DNA from: an uncultured Eubacteriales bacterium | Lineage (GTDB): Bacteria > Acidobacteriota > Aminicenantia > Aminicenantales > Aminicenantaceae | Direction: 5' to 3' | DNA length: 64,000 nucleotides | Assembly (NCBI GenBank): GCA_964400735.1 | Contig: CAYNVQ010000003.1 | Coordinates: forward strand, 1-64,000 | Shown: in pieces, positions 1-9,749 of the stretch | Numbering within the stretch: the stretch's first letter is position 1 | Layout: each line of letters opens with the position of its first letter | Translations under genes and position numbers: made by a program | Notes under the pieces: model-generated | Told to the model about the DNA's origin: nothing | Database searches by the model: none | Seen by the model: only the letters and a program-made list of their open reading frames with translations

Positions 1-54
1 TAGCGCGCCTGCCTTGGGAGCAGGAGGTCGGCGGTTCGAATCCGCTCTCCCCGA
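1..54 (+). tRNA. 3' portion of tRNA-Pro(TGG), truncated by the window edge
   Basis: The anticodon arm reads cctgc-CTTGGGA-gcagg, giving anticodon TGG. A T-arm with GGTTCGAATCC is present. The acceptor 3' strand is ctccccg followed by discriminator A. A T-run follows. Confidence 0.7.
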
Positions 55-114
55 TTTTTTTGCATCCGGAGAATTGCCGTTCTTGATGAGGCAGCTCTGG
101 ATTCCGTAGAGGGG

Positions 115-183
115 GAGGTTCCTGTCCATCTTCGTCCAACCCCCCCCGCCCCCCATCAAAGGCTGCAGATGGACAGGAACCTC
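115..183. repeat. Perfect 17-bp inverted repeat gaggttcctgtccatct / agatggacaggaacctc with a 35-nt C-rich loop. A diverged direct copy of the right arm and its flank lies at 335-364.
   Basis: Read directly from the sequence. The reverse complement of 167-183 equals 115-131. 167-197 and 335-364 are about 80% identical. Confidence 0.6.
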
Positions 184-500
184 TTATAGAGATTCTGACA
201 CCATAGGCACCGGAGGGACAGATACCGTCATTGTAGCCGCCATGGGCTTCAGACAAGCAGGCACAACCACAGCGGCCTGCACCATTGAATCCAGAAGAAA
301 AGGGACCGTGCGTGAGATTCCCATCAGGGGCCGCGGATGGACGGGAACCTTTTGAAGAGATCCTATCCCCGTGGGTTTCAGATAAAAAGGCGACTGCCTT
401 AGAACTGTGGACATTGGATGGAGTGTTGGTCCGAAAGCCGTAATCATGATTGAAAATCATGGGGTTTTGGGCTATAGTTAGGGAACTTGAGAGCTGACGC

Positions 501-577
501 GCGCCTGTAGCTCAGATGGATAGAGCAGCTGCCTTCTAAGCAGCGGGTCGGGAGTTCGAGTCTCTCCAGGCGCGCCA
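501..577 (+). tRNA. tRNA-Arg(TCT)
   Basis: Cloverleaf: acceptor gcgcctg/caggcgc, D-arm gctcagatggatagagc, anticodon stem gctgc/gcagc with loop CTTCTAA (anticodon TCT), T-loop TTCGAGT, discriminator G, encoded CCA. Confidence 0.85.
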
Positions 578-1044
578 TTTTAGGTCTCGGAACCTGTCCA
601 GCCATCAATCCGCGCAATAGCCAGCCCATTGAGTGATGCGATAAATGTACCCTTTCACTTTGACCTTGATTTGCTGGAATTTCCTACCAGCCGAATATTT
701 TTTTGGGGGAGTCGTAAAAAGACTCATAATCTTTTTGTCAATGCGGGTTTTTCCTATCAGATATTCCTGTGCTGATGCGACTAAAATAGAGTAACAAAAA
801 ATGTCATTTTCTTTGGAAACTCATAAGGAAGAATCGTCCTGGGCGGCAAAGGGTATAACCCAAAGGGGTGATACAATTTTTGTAAAAATCACCTCGCTAT
901 TCCTCGTTGCAGGTGATTGACGCTAGAGATAAACTCTGAGAATATTAAGGGCGTTTTCAGGAGAATCATGACCCTACGCCATTGATTCAAGAAGAGGAGA
1001 GAAAAAATCTTGATCGCAATCGTCCTTTTAGTAGGAAGAATATG

Positions 1045-1073
1045 TTGACAAAAAATGTCAGTTTATCTAATGT
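1045..1073 (+). promoter_or_regulatory. Putative sigma-70 promoter for pilB: TTGACA, 17-nt spacer, TAATGT
   Basis: -35 TTGACA at 1045-1050, 17-nt spacer, -10 TAATGT at 1068-1073, about 38 nt upstream of the pilB ATG. It overlaps the palindrome TGACAaaaaaTGTCA. Confidence 0.4.
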
Positions 1074-1110
1074 GGATGTTCTTCGTAATTTTTGGCCGTG
1101 AGGAAAAAGA

Positions 1111-2844
1111 ATGGGATCGAACTTAGGTGAACTGCTCATTCAGGAAAAGTTGCTCGATGCCGAACAACTGAAAAGCGCCGTCGATTACCATCGACAAAAT
1201 GACGTGGGCATCGGATCGGCGATAGTCAGCCTCGGGTTTCTTTCCGAGGAAGAGATGGCTCAGGCCCTCAGCCGGCAGTTGGGCTATCCGTATATCAACT
1301 TGGATCAATTCGAGGTCTACCCTGACGTCATCAGCCTTATCCCTGTTGAAATCGCCAAAAAATATTTGATCATGCCCATTCATCGTATCCGGTCTTTCCT
1401 TACTCTGGCCATGGTCGACCCGACAGACCTCGGCATCATCGAAGACATCCGGTTCAGGACAGGACTGAGTATTCAGCCTGTCATCGCCTCAGAATCGGGC
1501 ATCATGAATGCCATCTCCAAGTACTACGGTTCTTCCGATGCTCTGCGGGTGAAACAGATCGTGGATGAAATCGAACAGGCCGAGGACACCAGCGTCAATA
1601 TCATCGAAGAAGAAGAAGAGGATTATGATATCGAGGAACTGGTTCATTCGACCGAGGAAGCGCCGATCATTACTCTTGTCAATACCATCTTCATTGATTC
1701 CATAAAAAAAGGTGCCAGCGATGTCCATTTTGAGCCCTATGAAAAGAATTTTCGGGTGAGATACCGTTTGGACGGAACCCTTCACGAGATGATGAACCTT
1801 GCACTCAAGTTCAAGAATCCCGTCACTTCCCGAGTGAAAATTCTCTCCAATATGGATATTGCCGAAAAAAGATTGCCTCAGGATGGCCGGATCAAGATGA
1901 GAGTGAAGCTGGAAAACGGAGATCGGAAAGATGTCGATATGCGTGTCTCTAGCGTTCCCACCATCTTTGGTGAGAAGGTCGTAGTCCGAATTCTCGATAA
2001 GGCCATGCTGCAGTTAGATATGTCCAAGCTTGGCTTTGAAGAGGAGTCCCTTGACGTTTTTAAGCGCATGATCGTCAGGCCCTGGGGGATTATTCTGGTT
2101 ACCGGCCCGACCGGAAGCGGGAAAACAAATACGCTTTATTCCGCCATCTCAAATCTTAACTCGATGGAAAAAAATATTATGACAGCCGAGGATCCCGTCG
2201 AATTCTATATGGCGGGCATCAATCAGGTCAACGTAAAAGATGATATCGGATTGAATTTTGCCAGTTCGCTGCGAAGCTTTTTGCGACAAGATCCTGACAT
2301 CATGCTTGTCGGTGAAATGAGAGATTTCGAGACTGTCGACATTGCCATCAAGGCCGCTTTGACCGGGCATCTTGTGTTCTCAACGGTACATACCAACGAT
2401 GCCGCCAGCACTATTCTCCGGTTGGTCAACATGGATGTCGAACCCTTTCTTATCTCGGATTCAGTCGTTCTTGTTGTGGCCCAGAGGCTTGTCAGGCGCC
2501 TATGCCAGGATTGCTGCACGCGGCACAACCTGACGCCCGAAGCACTTGCGGATATAGGCTTCACGAAAGAGGAATCCACCAAAGTGAAGGTTTATAAGCC
2601 CGTCGGCTGCAACAAATGTCACAGCACGGGCTACAAAGGCAGAACCGGTCTTTTTGAAGTGATGGAAGTGACCGACGATATCAGAGACATGATTCTATCC
2701 CGAGCGCAGTCAAAGGAAATCAAAAAGAAAGCCCAGGAAAATGGGATGCTCACCTTGAGAAGGAGTGGCCTGACCAAGATAATGAATGGGATCACTTCTG
2801 TTGAGGAAGTATTGAGAGAGACGATAAAAGATTCGGAGGTATAA
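1111..2844 (+). CDS. pilB: Type IV pilus assembly ATPase PilB (GspE family)
   Basis: 577 aa. Has an N-terminal T2SSE_N-like domain, Walker A GPTGSGKT, an Asp box, a His box and a tetracysteine motif CQDCC...CNKC. It sits in a pilB-pilT-pilC context. Confidence 0.9.
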   Translation: MGSNLGELLIQEKLLDAEQLKSAVDYHRQNDVGIGSAIVSLGFLSEEEMAQALSRQLGYPYINLDQFEVYPDVISLIPVEIAKKYLIMPIHRIRSFLTLAMVDPTDLGIIEDIRFRTGLSIQPVIASESGIMNAISKYYGSSDALRVKQIVDEIEQAEDTSVNIIEEEEEDYDIEELVHSTEEAPIITLVNTIFIDSIKKGASDVHFEPYEKNFRVRYRLDGTLHEMMNLALKFKNPVTSRVKILSNMDIAEKRLPQDGRIKMRVKLENGDRKDVDMRVSSVPTIFGEKVVVRILDKAMLQLDMSKLGFEEESLDVFKRMIVRPWGIILVTGPTGSGKTNTLYSAISNLNSMEKNIMTAEDPVEFYMAGINQVNVKDDIGLNFASSLRSFLRQDPDIMLVGEMRDFETVDIAIKAALTGHLVFSTVHTNDAASTILRLVNMDVEPFLISDSVVLVVAQRLVRRLCQDCCTRHNLTPEALADIGFTKEESTKVKVYKPVGCNKCHSTGYKGRTGLFEVMEVTDDIRDMILSRAQSKEIKKKAQENGMLTLRRSGLTKIMNGITSVEEVLRETIKDSEV

Positions 2845-2845
2845 A

Positions 2846-3961
2846 ATGGGAATAACCATTCAAGAATTGCTTCAATTAACCGTCGAAAAAGATGCAAGCG
2901 ATTTGCATATAACCACCTATATTCCTCCCCGCATAAGGGTGCACGGTTCGCTGATCACCCTCGATTACCCTCCCCTCACACCGCCTGAGACCAAGAATAT
3001 TGTCTACAGCTTGTTGACCGACAGGCAGAAAAAACAATTCGAGGAGAAACTGGAGCTGGATTTCTCTTTTGGGGTTAAAGACATGGGCCGCTTCCGCGGC
3101 AATGTTTTCATGCAGAAGGGCGCTGTTGCCGCTGCATTTCGTCGTTTTCTTCCCATCATGTGGAGTTTCTCTCAATTGGGCATCCCCCAGAGGCTAGCCA
3201 AGCTATGCTATTTGCCCCGAGGGTTGGTCCTTGTAACTGGCCCCACAGGATGCGGAAAATCGACAACTCTTGCCTGCTTGATAGACCACATCAACAAGGA
3301 AAGAGGGGTACATATCGTCACGATCGAGGATCCTATTGAATACTTCTTTACACCCAAAAAATCCATCATCAACCAGAGAGAACTTTTTGTCGATACCCTT
3401 TCCTACCCTAACGCTCTTCGTTCCGTTCTCAGGGAGGATCCCGATGTCGTTCTAGTGGGAGAAATGAGGGATCTAGAAACGGTGGAAGCGACTCTCCGCG
3501 TAGCCGAAACGGGCCATCTGACCTTTTCCACGCTGCACACCAACTCTGCTTCAGAGACCATATCGAGGATCATCGATATTTTTCCCTCCCAGTACCAATC
3601 TCAGGTGAGGATTATGCTGTCCATGTGTTTAGAGGCTGTGATCACCCAGGCACTTTTGCCTCGAGCTGACGGGAGAGGGCGCGTGTTGGCCATGGAAATC
3701 CTCATTCCCAATGCGGCTATAAGAAACCTGATCAGGGAAAACAAAATTCACCAGATCTATTCCTCCATGCAGATGGGACAGGAAAAGTTTGGCATGCAGA
3801 CATTCAATCAATCGCTTGCCAGTCTCTATTTCCAAAAGGCCATCACCATGGAAACAGCCATGAGCATGTCGGCAAAACCGGAGGAATTGACGGATATCCT
3901 TCAAAGGAGAGAAGGACTCAAGGTAACTTCTGCAAACTTCTCTCCGGAGATGAGAAAATAG
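2846..3961 (+). CDS. pilT: Twitching motility / pilus retraction ATPase PilT
   Basis: 371 aa. Walker A GPTGCGKST. PilT-like length and motifs (DPDVVLVGEMRD). Immediately follows pilB. Confidence 0.85.
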   Translation: MGITIQELLQLTVEKDASDLHITTYIPPRIRVHGSLITLDYPPLTPPETKNIVYSLLTDRQKKQFEEKLELDFSFGVKDMGRFRGNVFMQKGAVAAAFRRFLPIMWSFSQLGIPQRLAKLCYLPRGLVLVTGPTGCGKSTTLACLIDHINKERGVHIVTIEDPIEYFFTPKKSIINQRELFVDTLSYPNALRSVLREDPDVVLVGEMRDLETVEATLRVAETGHLTFSTLHTNSASETISRIIDIFPSQYQSQVRIMLSMCLEAVITQALLPRADGRGRVLAMEILIPNAAIRNLIRENKIHQIYSSMQMGQEKFGMQTFNQSLASLYFQKAITMETAMSMSAKPEELTDILQRREGLKVTSANFSPEMRK

Positions 3962-3975
3962 AAAGGGGATAGAAG

Positions 3976-5178
3976 ATGCCATCCTATCAATGGAAAGGAA
4001 AAAATCGTTACGGCGATGTGGTGGGAGGAGTCCGAGTGGCACGGAGTGTCGAGGATTTATCCAGAGCCCTTCAGAGGGAACAGATCACCGTTATGGACAT
4101 TTCCGCTGCCAGAAAAAAATTCGAGATTCCTTTTCTCCAGAGGCAGAGGGTTAGACTGAAGGATTTGGCGATTTACAGCCGACAGCTTTCGGTTTTAATC
4201 GATGCTGAACTCCCGCTGATACAGAGTCTCAACATTCTAGCTGAACAGACCAAGAATAAGTATTTCAAGCATGTTATCAAAGCGATCAGGGAGGACGTAG
4301 AGGCAGGTTCGACCTTGAACCAGGCTAAGCGCAAGTTTCCCAGCGTTTTTGACGACTTGTACTGTAACTTGGTGGCTTCGGGTGAGCAAAGCGGCTCGTT
4401 GGATATCATGTTGAGACGATTGGCTGAATACCTGGAAAAAGTCGTGAGGTTGAGAGCCCAGGTCCGCCAGGCCATGATCTACCCTTCGGCCGTTTTGTCG
4501 TTTGCTGTGTTGGTTGTGGTTTTCATGTTGTGGAAAGTCATCCCGGTTTTCGCCTCGATCTTCCTGGAACTGGGAGCTGAGCTTCCTTTCTTGACGTCCA
4601 TTGTTTTAGTCCTGAGCAATTTCATACAGAAGTACATCCTGTTGCTCGCCATCGGTTTGGTTGCACTTGTTTTTGGCTTCAGGTACTGGAGGAAAACGGA
4701 ATCGGGCCGAAGAATCACGGATAAATTTCTTCTTCGGATGCCTCTATTTGGAAAATTGCTCGAGAAAGTCGGTCTGTCGCGCGTAACCCGAACCTTGAGC
4801 ACGCTGCTTTCAGGAGGAGTCCCGATGCTGGAGAGCCTGAAGATCACCTCATCGACCGCGGGAAATGTCATCGTGGAAGATTACATCATGCAGGCCAGGA
4901 CTATGGTAGCCGAGGGGACCAGCCTAAGGGATGCTTTCAAGGAAAAAGGGCGGTTTCCCTTTATGATGATCCAGATGGTGGGCGTGGGAGAGGCCACTGG
5001 CACATTGGATGAAATGCTGGCCAAGCTGGCCGATTTTTATGATGAGGAGGTCGAAACCTCGGTGGCCTCCCTGCTATCGATTTTAGAGCCGATTTTGCTG
5101 ATTGTTGTGGGTGTGATCGTGGGATCGATCGTCGTTTCGATGTATCTTCCAATCTTCGAGCTCATGAAAAAGTTCTGA
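3976..5178 (+). CDS. pilC: Type IV pilus inner-membrane platform protein PilC (GspF family)
   Basis: 400 aa with duplicated T2SSF domains and three transmembrane segments. In synteny with pilB and pilT. Confidence 0.85.
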   Translation: MPSYQWKGKNRYGDVVGGVRVARSVEDLSRALQREQITVMDISAARKKFEIPFLQRQRVRLKDLAIYSRQLSVLIDAELPLIQSLNILAEQTKNKYFKHVIKAIREDVEAGSTLNQAKRKFPSVFDDLYCNLVASGEQSGSLDIMLRRLAEYLEKVVRLRAQVRQAMIYPSAVLSFAVLVVVFMLWKVIPVFASIFLELGAELPFLTSIVLVLSNFIQKYILLLAIGLVALVFGFRYWRKTESGRRITDKFLLRMPLFGKLLEKVGLSRVTRTLSTLLSGGVPMLESLKITSSTAGNVIVEDYIMQARTMVAEGTSLRDAFKEKGRFPFMMIQMVGVGEATGTLDEMLAKLADFYDEEVETSVASLLSILEPILLIVVGVIVGSIVVSMYLPIFELMKKF

Positions 5179-5272
5179 GCTGAGGCTAAAAGCGGCTAGG
5201 ACTGGGTCCGGAAGGAACAGGATTCCAGAATCAGGCTAGGTTTAAAGGTGGTAATCGAGAAGGATTGATAAG

Positions 5273-6553
5273 TTGATCAAAAGAAAAAATATTTTTTGGC
5301 TGATTCTTATACGGTTGATCGTTGTCACCACCCTTGCTGTGTCCGTGGCCGTCATTCAAGCCAGCACGTCCGCCTTTCTTCCCACGCTGTTTTATTATTT
5401 GATCCTTGTTACCTATGTTCTGTCCATCGTGTATATTCTCCTTTACTATTGGGGGAAATTTGAGACCTTTCAAGTATATCTGCAGGTCTTTTTCGACCTT
5501 TTCCTGATCACGGCCTTTGTGTATTTTTCGGGAGGTTTACGAGGCTCCTTTCCCTTCCTTTACATTTTCGAAATCATTGCCGCCAGTATTGTGCTTTCCA
5601 AGCGGGCTGCCTATTTAACGGCTGCCCTATCCGGTGTCCTTTTCGGGTTTTTGGTGAACGGGATGCATATGGGTTTTTTACCTTATTTCGGTGCTGATGA
5701 GCCCGCAGAGCTTTCACCTGGGTTGGTAATCAACAGTATCTTCATATCTTGGAGCGTATTCTTTCTCGTTGCTTTTCTCGTCAATTATTTGACGGGGAGC
5801 TTGAATAGAACGGCTGAAAAGCTCCATGTGGCCCAAAAAGAGCTGGATATCAAAAAACGTTTGGCGCTGGCCGGAGAATTCTCTGCCCATCTGGCTCATG
5901 AGATAAGGAATCCGCTTGCGGCCATCTCCGGTTCCGTTCAAGTTCTGCGGGATAATCTGGTTTTGGACAGGGATACCAAGGAGCTGATGGATAATATCGT
6001 TCGGCAGTCCGAAAGAGTCTCCCAATCCATCGAACAATACTTGAACCTTGTTTCTCCTGATAAAAAAACCTTTTCCGATTTGAACCTGGCCTCAGTTGTA
6101 GATGACGTGCTCTCGCTCTTGGAGGATAACGGGGATTTGGCCGGAAAATTGGAGATAAACGGGAATTTCAGAGCCTCCGATATCATCTATTTCGGCAATA
6201 TCAATCAGTTCAAACAGCTCTTCTGGAATCTCATCCGGATTGCCGCCAAAGCTTCACCCGAAGGTGGCCCCATAACCATCGATTTCGACCAAGAGCATAG
6301 GGATGAATTCCAGTTGAAAATTTCTCGGTCGGGTAATCATCGAGAAGAAGAAAAAGAAAAGAAAGAGAGTCGGGTCGAAGATGCTCCATCAGTATTTGAA
6401 TATGGAGCAGAAATCGGCATGGCTGTTGTCAGCCGGATCGTCGATGATTACGATGGAAAGATGGTCGTCCGCTCCGATGGTGAGAAGGGGACGGAGGTCG
6501 TAATCAGGCTGCCCAAGAAGCAAAATACAACGGAAAATAGAATGAGGGCATAG
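5273..6553 (+). CDS. pilS: Sensor histidine kinase, PilS-like (polytopic N-terminal membrane domain plus HisKA/HATPase)
   Basis: 426 aa with an apparent TTG start. About six N-terminal transmembrane helices. H-box FSAHLAHEIRNPLAAISG. C-terminal ATPase region. Located between pilC and pilR. Confidence 0.7.
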   Translation: MIKRKNIFWLILIRLIVVTTLAVSVAVIQASTSAFLPTLFYYLILVTYVLSIVYILLYYWGKFETFQVYLQVFFDLFLITAFVYFSGGLRGSFPFLYIFEIIAASIVLSKRAAYLTAALSGVLFGFLVNGMHMGFLPYFGADEPAELSPGLVINSIFISWSVFFLVAFLVNYLTGSLNRTAEKLHVAQKELDIKKRLALAGEFSAHLAHEIRNPLAAISGSVQVLRDNLVLDRDTKELMDNIVRQSERVSQSIEQYLNLVSPDKKTFSDLNLASVVDDVLSLLEDNGDLAGKLEINGNFRASDIIYFGNINQFKQLFWNLIRIAAKASPEGGPITIDFDQEHRDEFQLKISRSGNHREEEKEKKESRVEDAPSVFEYGAEIGMAVVSRIVDDYDGKMVVRSDGEKGTEVVIRLPKKQNTTENRMRA

Positions 6554-6559
6554 GAAAAA

Positions 6560-7969
6560 ATGGAGAAAATTCTGGTTATCGATGATGAAAAAAGCATCCT
6601 CGATCTGTTGAGCGTGGTCTTTGAAAAAGAAGGATATGCAGTGAAGACTTCGTTATCAGCCACTAGGGCCGTGGAGTTCATGAGTAATGAAGATTTTGAT
6701 ATGATCATCTCCGATATCAAAATGCCCAATATGAACGGGATGGAGCTTCTCCACTATGTCAGGCAAAACAGGCCGGATATCCCTATTATTATGATAACGG
6801 CCTATGGCACCATCAAGCAGGCCGTGGAAGCACTAAAAGCTGGAGCCATGGATTACATTGTCAAACCTTTCGATGTAGAAGAGTTGAAGATTATCGTGGC
6901 TCAAGGATTAGAGAAGAAAAGGCTGAGGGAAGAAAATCTGTTCCTGAAAAAAGAGCTAAAGGAGAAATATGATTTTGAGAACATGATCGGGAAGAGCAAG
7001 GTCATGCGGGAAATCTATAATCTAATTGAAAAGGTGGCTGGAACAGATTCTACTGTCCTTATAGCCGGTGAAAGCGGGACAGGAAAGGAGATGGCGGCCC
7101 GTGCCATCCATTACTTGAGTGCAAGACGCGATAAGCCATTTGTCTCGATAAATTGTGGAGCCCTGCCAGAGAATCTTCTGGAAAGCGAGCTCTTCGGCCA
7201 CGTCAAAGGATCATTCACAGGAGCTGTGGCCAATAAGAAGGGGATGTTCGAGGTGGCGGAGAACGGCGCTCTATTCTTAGATGAAGTGGGGGAGATGTCG
7301 CCTTGGACTCAGGTCAAGCTCTTGAGAGCTCTTCAGGATAAACGGATCAGAAAGGTGGGGGGAACTGAGGAGATTTTGGTCAATGTCCGGATTATCGCCG
7401 CTTCCAATCAGGATTTAAAAAAGAATATTGAAAGGGGAAATTTTCGTGAAGATCTTTTTTATCGTTTAAACGTCATTTCTTTCGAGATGCCCCCCCTGCG
7501 GAATAGGAAAGAAGATATTCCTCTGCTGGTTAATCATTTTCTTGAAAAATACTGCAACGGAATGAGCCGGCCTTTGAAAAGAATCGCACCTGAAGTTATC
7601 AGCGTACTCGAGTCCTACCCTTGGCCAGGAAATGTCCGGGAGTTGGAGAATACGATGGAAAGAATCGTGGCCATCGAAGACAGAGGGACGATCACCAAAG
7701 CGAGTCTTCCCAAGGAGATGCTCACCCCCAACAAAAAACAGGAGACCACTCCAGCTCTCGAGCCTGGTTTTGATTTCAATGCTGTTATGGATGAGATTTC
7801 GGCCAGCTATGTCAGGCAAGCCCTTCAATTTTCTGGGGGCAACTTAAAGGAGGCTGCCAATATACTGGGAATCAATTACCGCTCTTTAAGATATCTGGTG
7901 GAAAAACACAATCTGAAAGAAACGAGCCGGGCGAGCAGAAACAACCTGCATGAAAAACATGTGGGATAA
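6560..7969 (+). CDS. pilR: Sigma-54-dependent response regulator, PilR/NtrC family
   Basis: 469 aa. N-terminal receiver domain with DDE...D. AAA+ sigma-54 activator domain with GESGTGKE and the GAFTGA-like motif ESELFGHVKGSFTGA. C-terminal HTH. Confidence 0.85.
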   Translation: MEKILVIDDEKSILDLLSVVFEKEGYAVKTSLSATRAVEFMSNEDFDMIISDIKMPNMNGMELLHYVRQNRPDIPIIMITAYGTIKQAVEALKAGAMDYIVKPFDVEELKIIVAQGLEKKRLREENLFLKKELKEKYDFENMIGKSKVMREIYNLIEKVAGTDSTVLIAGESGTGKEMAARAIHYLSARRDKPFVSINCGALPENLLESELFGHVKGSFTGAVANKKGMFEVAENGALFLDEVGEMSPWTQVKLLRALQDKRIRKVGGTEEILVNVRIIAASNQDLKKNIERGNFREDLFYRLNVISFEMPPLRNRKEDIPLLVNHFLEKYCNGMSRPLKRIAPEVISVLESYPWPGNVRELENTMERIVAIEDRGTITKASLPKEMLTPNKKQETTPALEPGFDFNAVMDEISASYVRQALQFSGGNLKEAANILGINYRSLRYLVEKHNLKETSRASRNNLHEKHVG

Positions 7970-8085
7970 GGTGTATAATGTCAAATATTGGCAGCGATAT
8001 GACAATAAATGTTAATGAATCAAGCGAAAAAAAGAAAAATGATGAGTAATTTATTTATTTTCAATAATTTGTACCAAAAAGGATT

Positions 8086-8101
8086 TGGCACAAAAATTGC
8101 T
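8086..8101 (+). promoter_or_regulatory. Sigma-54 (-24/-12) promoter TGGCAC-N5-TTGCT upstream of pilA
   Basis: Exact TGGCACaaaaaTTGCT lies about 80 nt upstream of the pilA start. A sigma-54 activator (pilR) and rpoN are both in this window. Confidence 0.75.
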
Positions 8102-8181
8102 GTATATTTCGTCCCCGAAAAAAAAAGTACTTACTGGTGAACGGAAATAAAAACCACCAGGAGTAAAAAAGGAGGTTTTAA

Positions 8182-8727
8182 ATGTTAAAAAAAGCGAGAG
8201 GTTTTACACTGATTGAGTTGCTGATCGTTGTGGCCATTATCGGAATTCTTGCCGCACTTCTTATCCCCAATGCCATCACTGCCATCCAGAAGTCCAAGCA
8301 GAAAGGAACGATGAAGGACATCAACACCATCGCCACCGGCGCCGCTGACTTCATCACAGACCAGGGCTCTTGGGCCCATGCAGGTATTGCTCAGGCCGGC
8401 CCCCTTGCTGCGAACAATGATTTCATCAACGGTCTTTCCCCCTTCTATGTCAAGGTCATTCCGGTGAACGACCAATGGGGCGAACCCTTCCAGGTTTACC
8501 TCGGCGATACCATCGGAGGTTACAGGGGAATTAACGCTGTCGATGTGGGAAATGATGACTTCCTGATCGAATCGTTCGCAAGAGATAACGGCACCGACGG
8601 CTGGACCTATGACGCCACAGATGCGTCAGCTGGGATGTACATCGTCGATTCTATGGATGACTTCAACAGCGACCTGGTCCAGTGGAGCGGATCCTGGATT
8701 CATGCACCGAGAACTGCCGTTCAGTAA
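8182..8727 (+). CDS. pilA: Type IVa major pilin PilA (prepilin with N-terminal methylation motif)
   Basis: 181 aa. N-terminus MLKKARGFTLIELLIVVAIIGILAALLIP has the class III signal G|FTLIE with Glu5. A C-terminal globular domain follows. Confidence 0.85.
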   Translation: MLKKARGFTLIELLIVVAIIGILAALLIPNAITAIQKSKQKGTMKDINTIATGAADFITDQGSWAHAGIAQAGPLAANNDFINGLSPFYVKVIPVNDQWGEPFQVYLGDTIGGYRGINAVDVGNDDFLIESFARDNGTDGWTYDATDASAGMYIVDSMDDFNSDLVQWSGSWIHAPRTAVQ

Positions 8728-8770
8728 GACAAAGGCTTCAGTCAGTTCCATTTATTCGCTTTAGGGAGAA

Positions 8771-8806
8771 GGGCGATACGGGTTGAAACCGTATCGCCCT
8801 TTTTCT
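8771..8806 (+). terminator. Rho-independent terminator downstream of pilA
   Basis: GGGCGATACGG-gttgaaa-CCGTATCGCCC followed by TTTTTCT. Confidence 0.8.
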
Positions 8807-9021
8807 ATTCACCCTTTTTTTTCTTCCCATCGTTTTAAAATATCCCTCGTCTGCGTATGCCGATCCAAGCCTGCATTTCTTCGTGGAAACATGCGGGCAT
8901 TTCCAAAGTCCAAATGATTTTGTATCCGGATGTTTCTTCATCGCGATTCTGGTGGCGCTGATTCAGAACATCAAAGAACTGAAATAACGCCTATCCTGTG
9001 CTATAATGATAGCCCTCTGTT

Positions 9022-9732
9022 ATGCGGACGATCATTCTTTTCATCATCTACATTTTGATTACCATCCTTTTGATTCCCATTCTTTTTATCTGCATTCTGT
9101 TTGGGTGGTCGAAGCCTTTGATTTGGGCGGGCAAACAGGCGATGGGAATCGGCCCCCCAATACTTGGAATCCGGATCGAGGTGACAGGAAAGGATTTTGT
9201 GCATCAAGAGACCCCTTATATTTTCATGTCCAATCATTTGAGTTTTTTAGACGGCCCCCTGCTTTTTTGGGCCATTCCTCGGCCTATCCGGGTGATATTG
9301 AAAAAAGAGATCTTCAAGATTCCCGTTATCGGGCTGGGTATGCGGCAAGTTGATTTTGTTCCTGTCGACCGGAAAGGAATAAGGGGAGGGAAAAAGAGCA
9401 TCGACAGGGCTGTAAAACTGATCAAAGAAAAAGGTTTTTCTTTTCTGATTTTTCCCGAAGGAACGCGAAGCCGCGATGGAAAGTTGCAGCGATTTCGAAG
9501 GGGAGGTTTCTTTCTTTCCTTGGAAAGCCGTACAGCCATTCTTCCCATTTCGATCGAGGGAACTTTTGAGCTCATGCCTAAAGGCAGCTTTTTTGTAAAG
9601 AGAGGCCGGATCAAGATCGTTTTTCATGCTCCGGTTCATGTGGCTGCTTACGATGCGAAACGGCTCACCGAGCTTTCCGATAGGGTGCGAGATATCATCC
9701 AATCGGGTCTTGAGGCGGAAATCGGGCCATAA
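9022..9732 (+). CDS. plsC: 1-acyl-sn-glycerol-3-phosphate acyltransferase (lysophospholipid acyltransferase)
   Basis: 236 aa. N-terminal membrane anchor. HX4D motif NHLSFLD. FPEGTRS motif. Confidence 0.8.
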   Translation: MRTIILFIIYILITILLIPILFICILFGWSKPLIWAGKQAMGIGPPILGIRIEVTGKDFVHQETPYIFMSNHLSFLDGPLLFWAIPRPIRVILKKEIFKIPVIGLGMRQVDFVPVDRKGIRGGKKSIDRAVKLIKEKGFSFLIFPEGTRSRDGKLQRFRRGGFFLSLESRTAILPISIEGTFELMPKGSFFVKRGRIKIVFHAPVHVAAYDAKRLTELSDRVRDIIQSGLEAEIGP

Positions 9733-9749
9733 ATAATGGGGAGTGGGAT

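Noticed and set aside
184-629. Minus-strand ORFs 184..447 and 444..629 between the two tRNAs
   Set aside because: They have low-complexity, Pro/Thr-rich, non-protein-like composition. They overlap the hairpin repeats and run into the tRNA-Arg gene. They are more likely non-coding.
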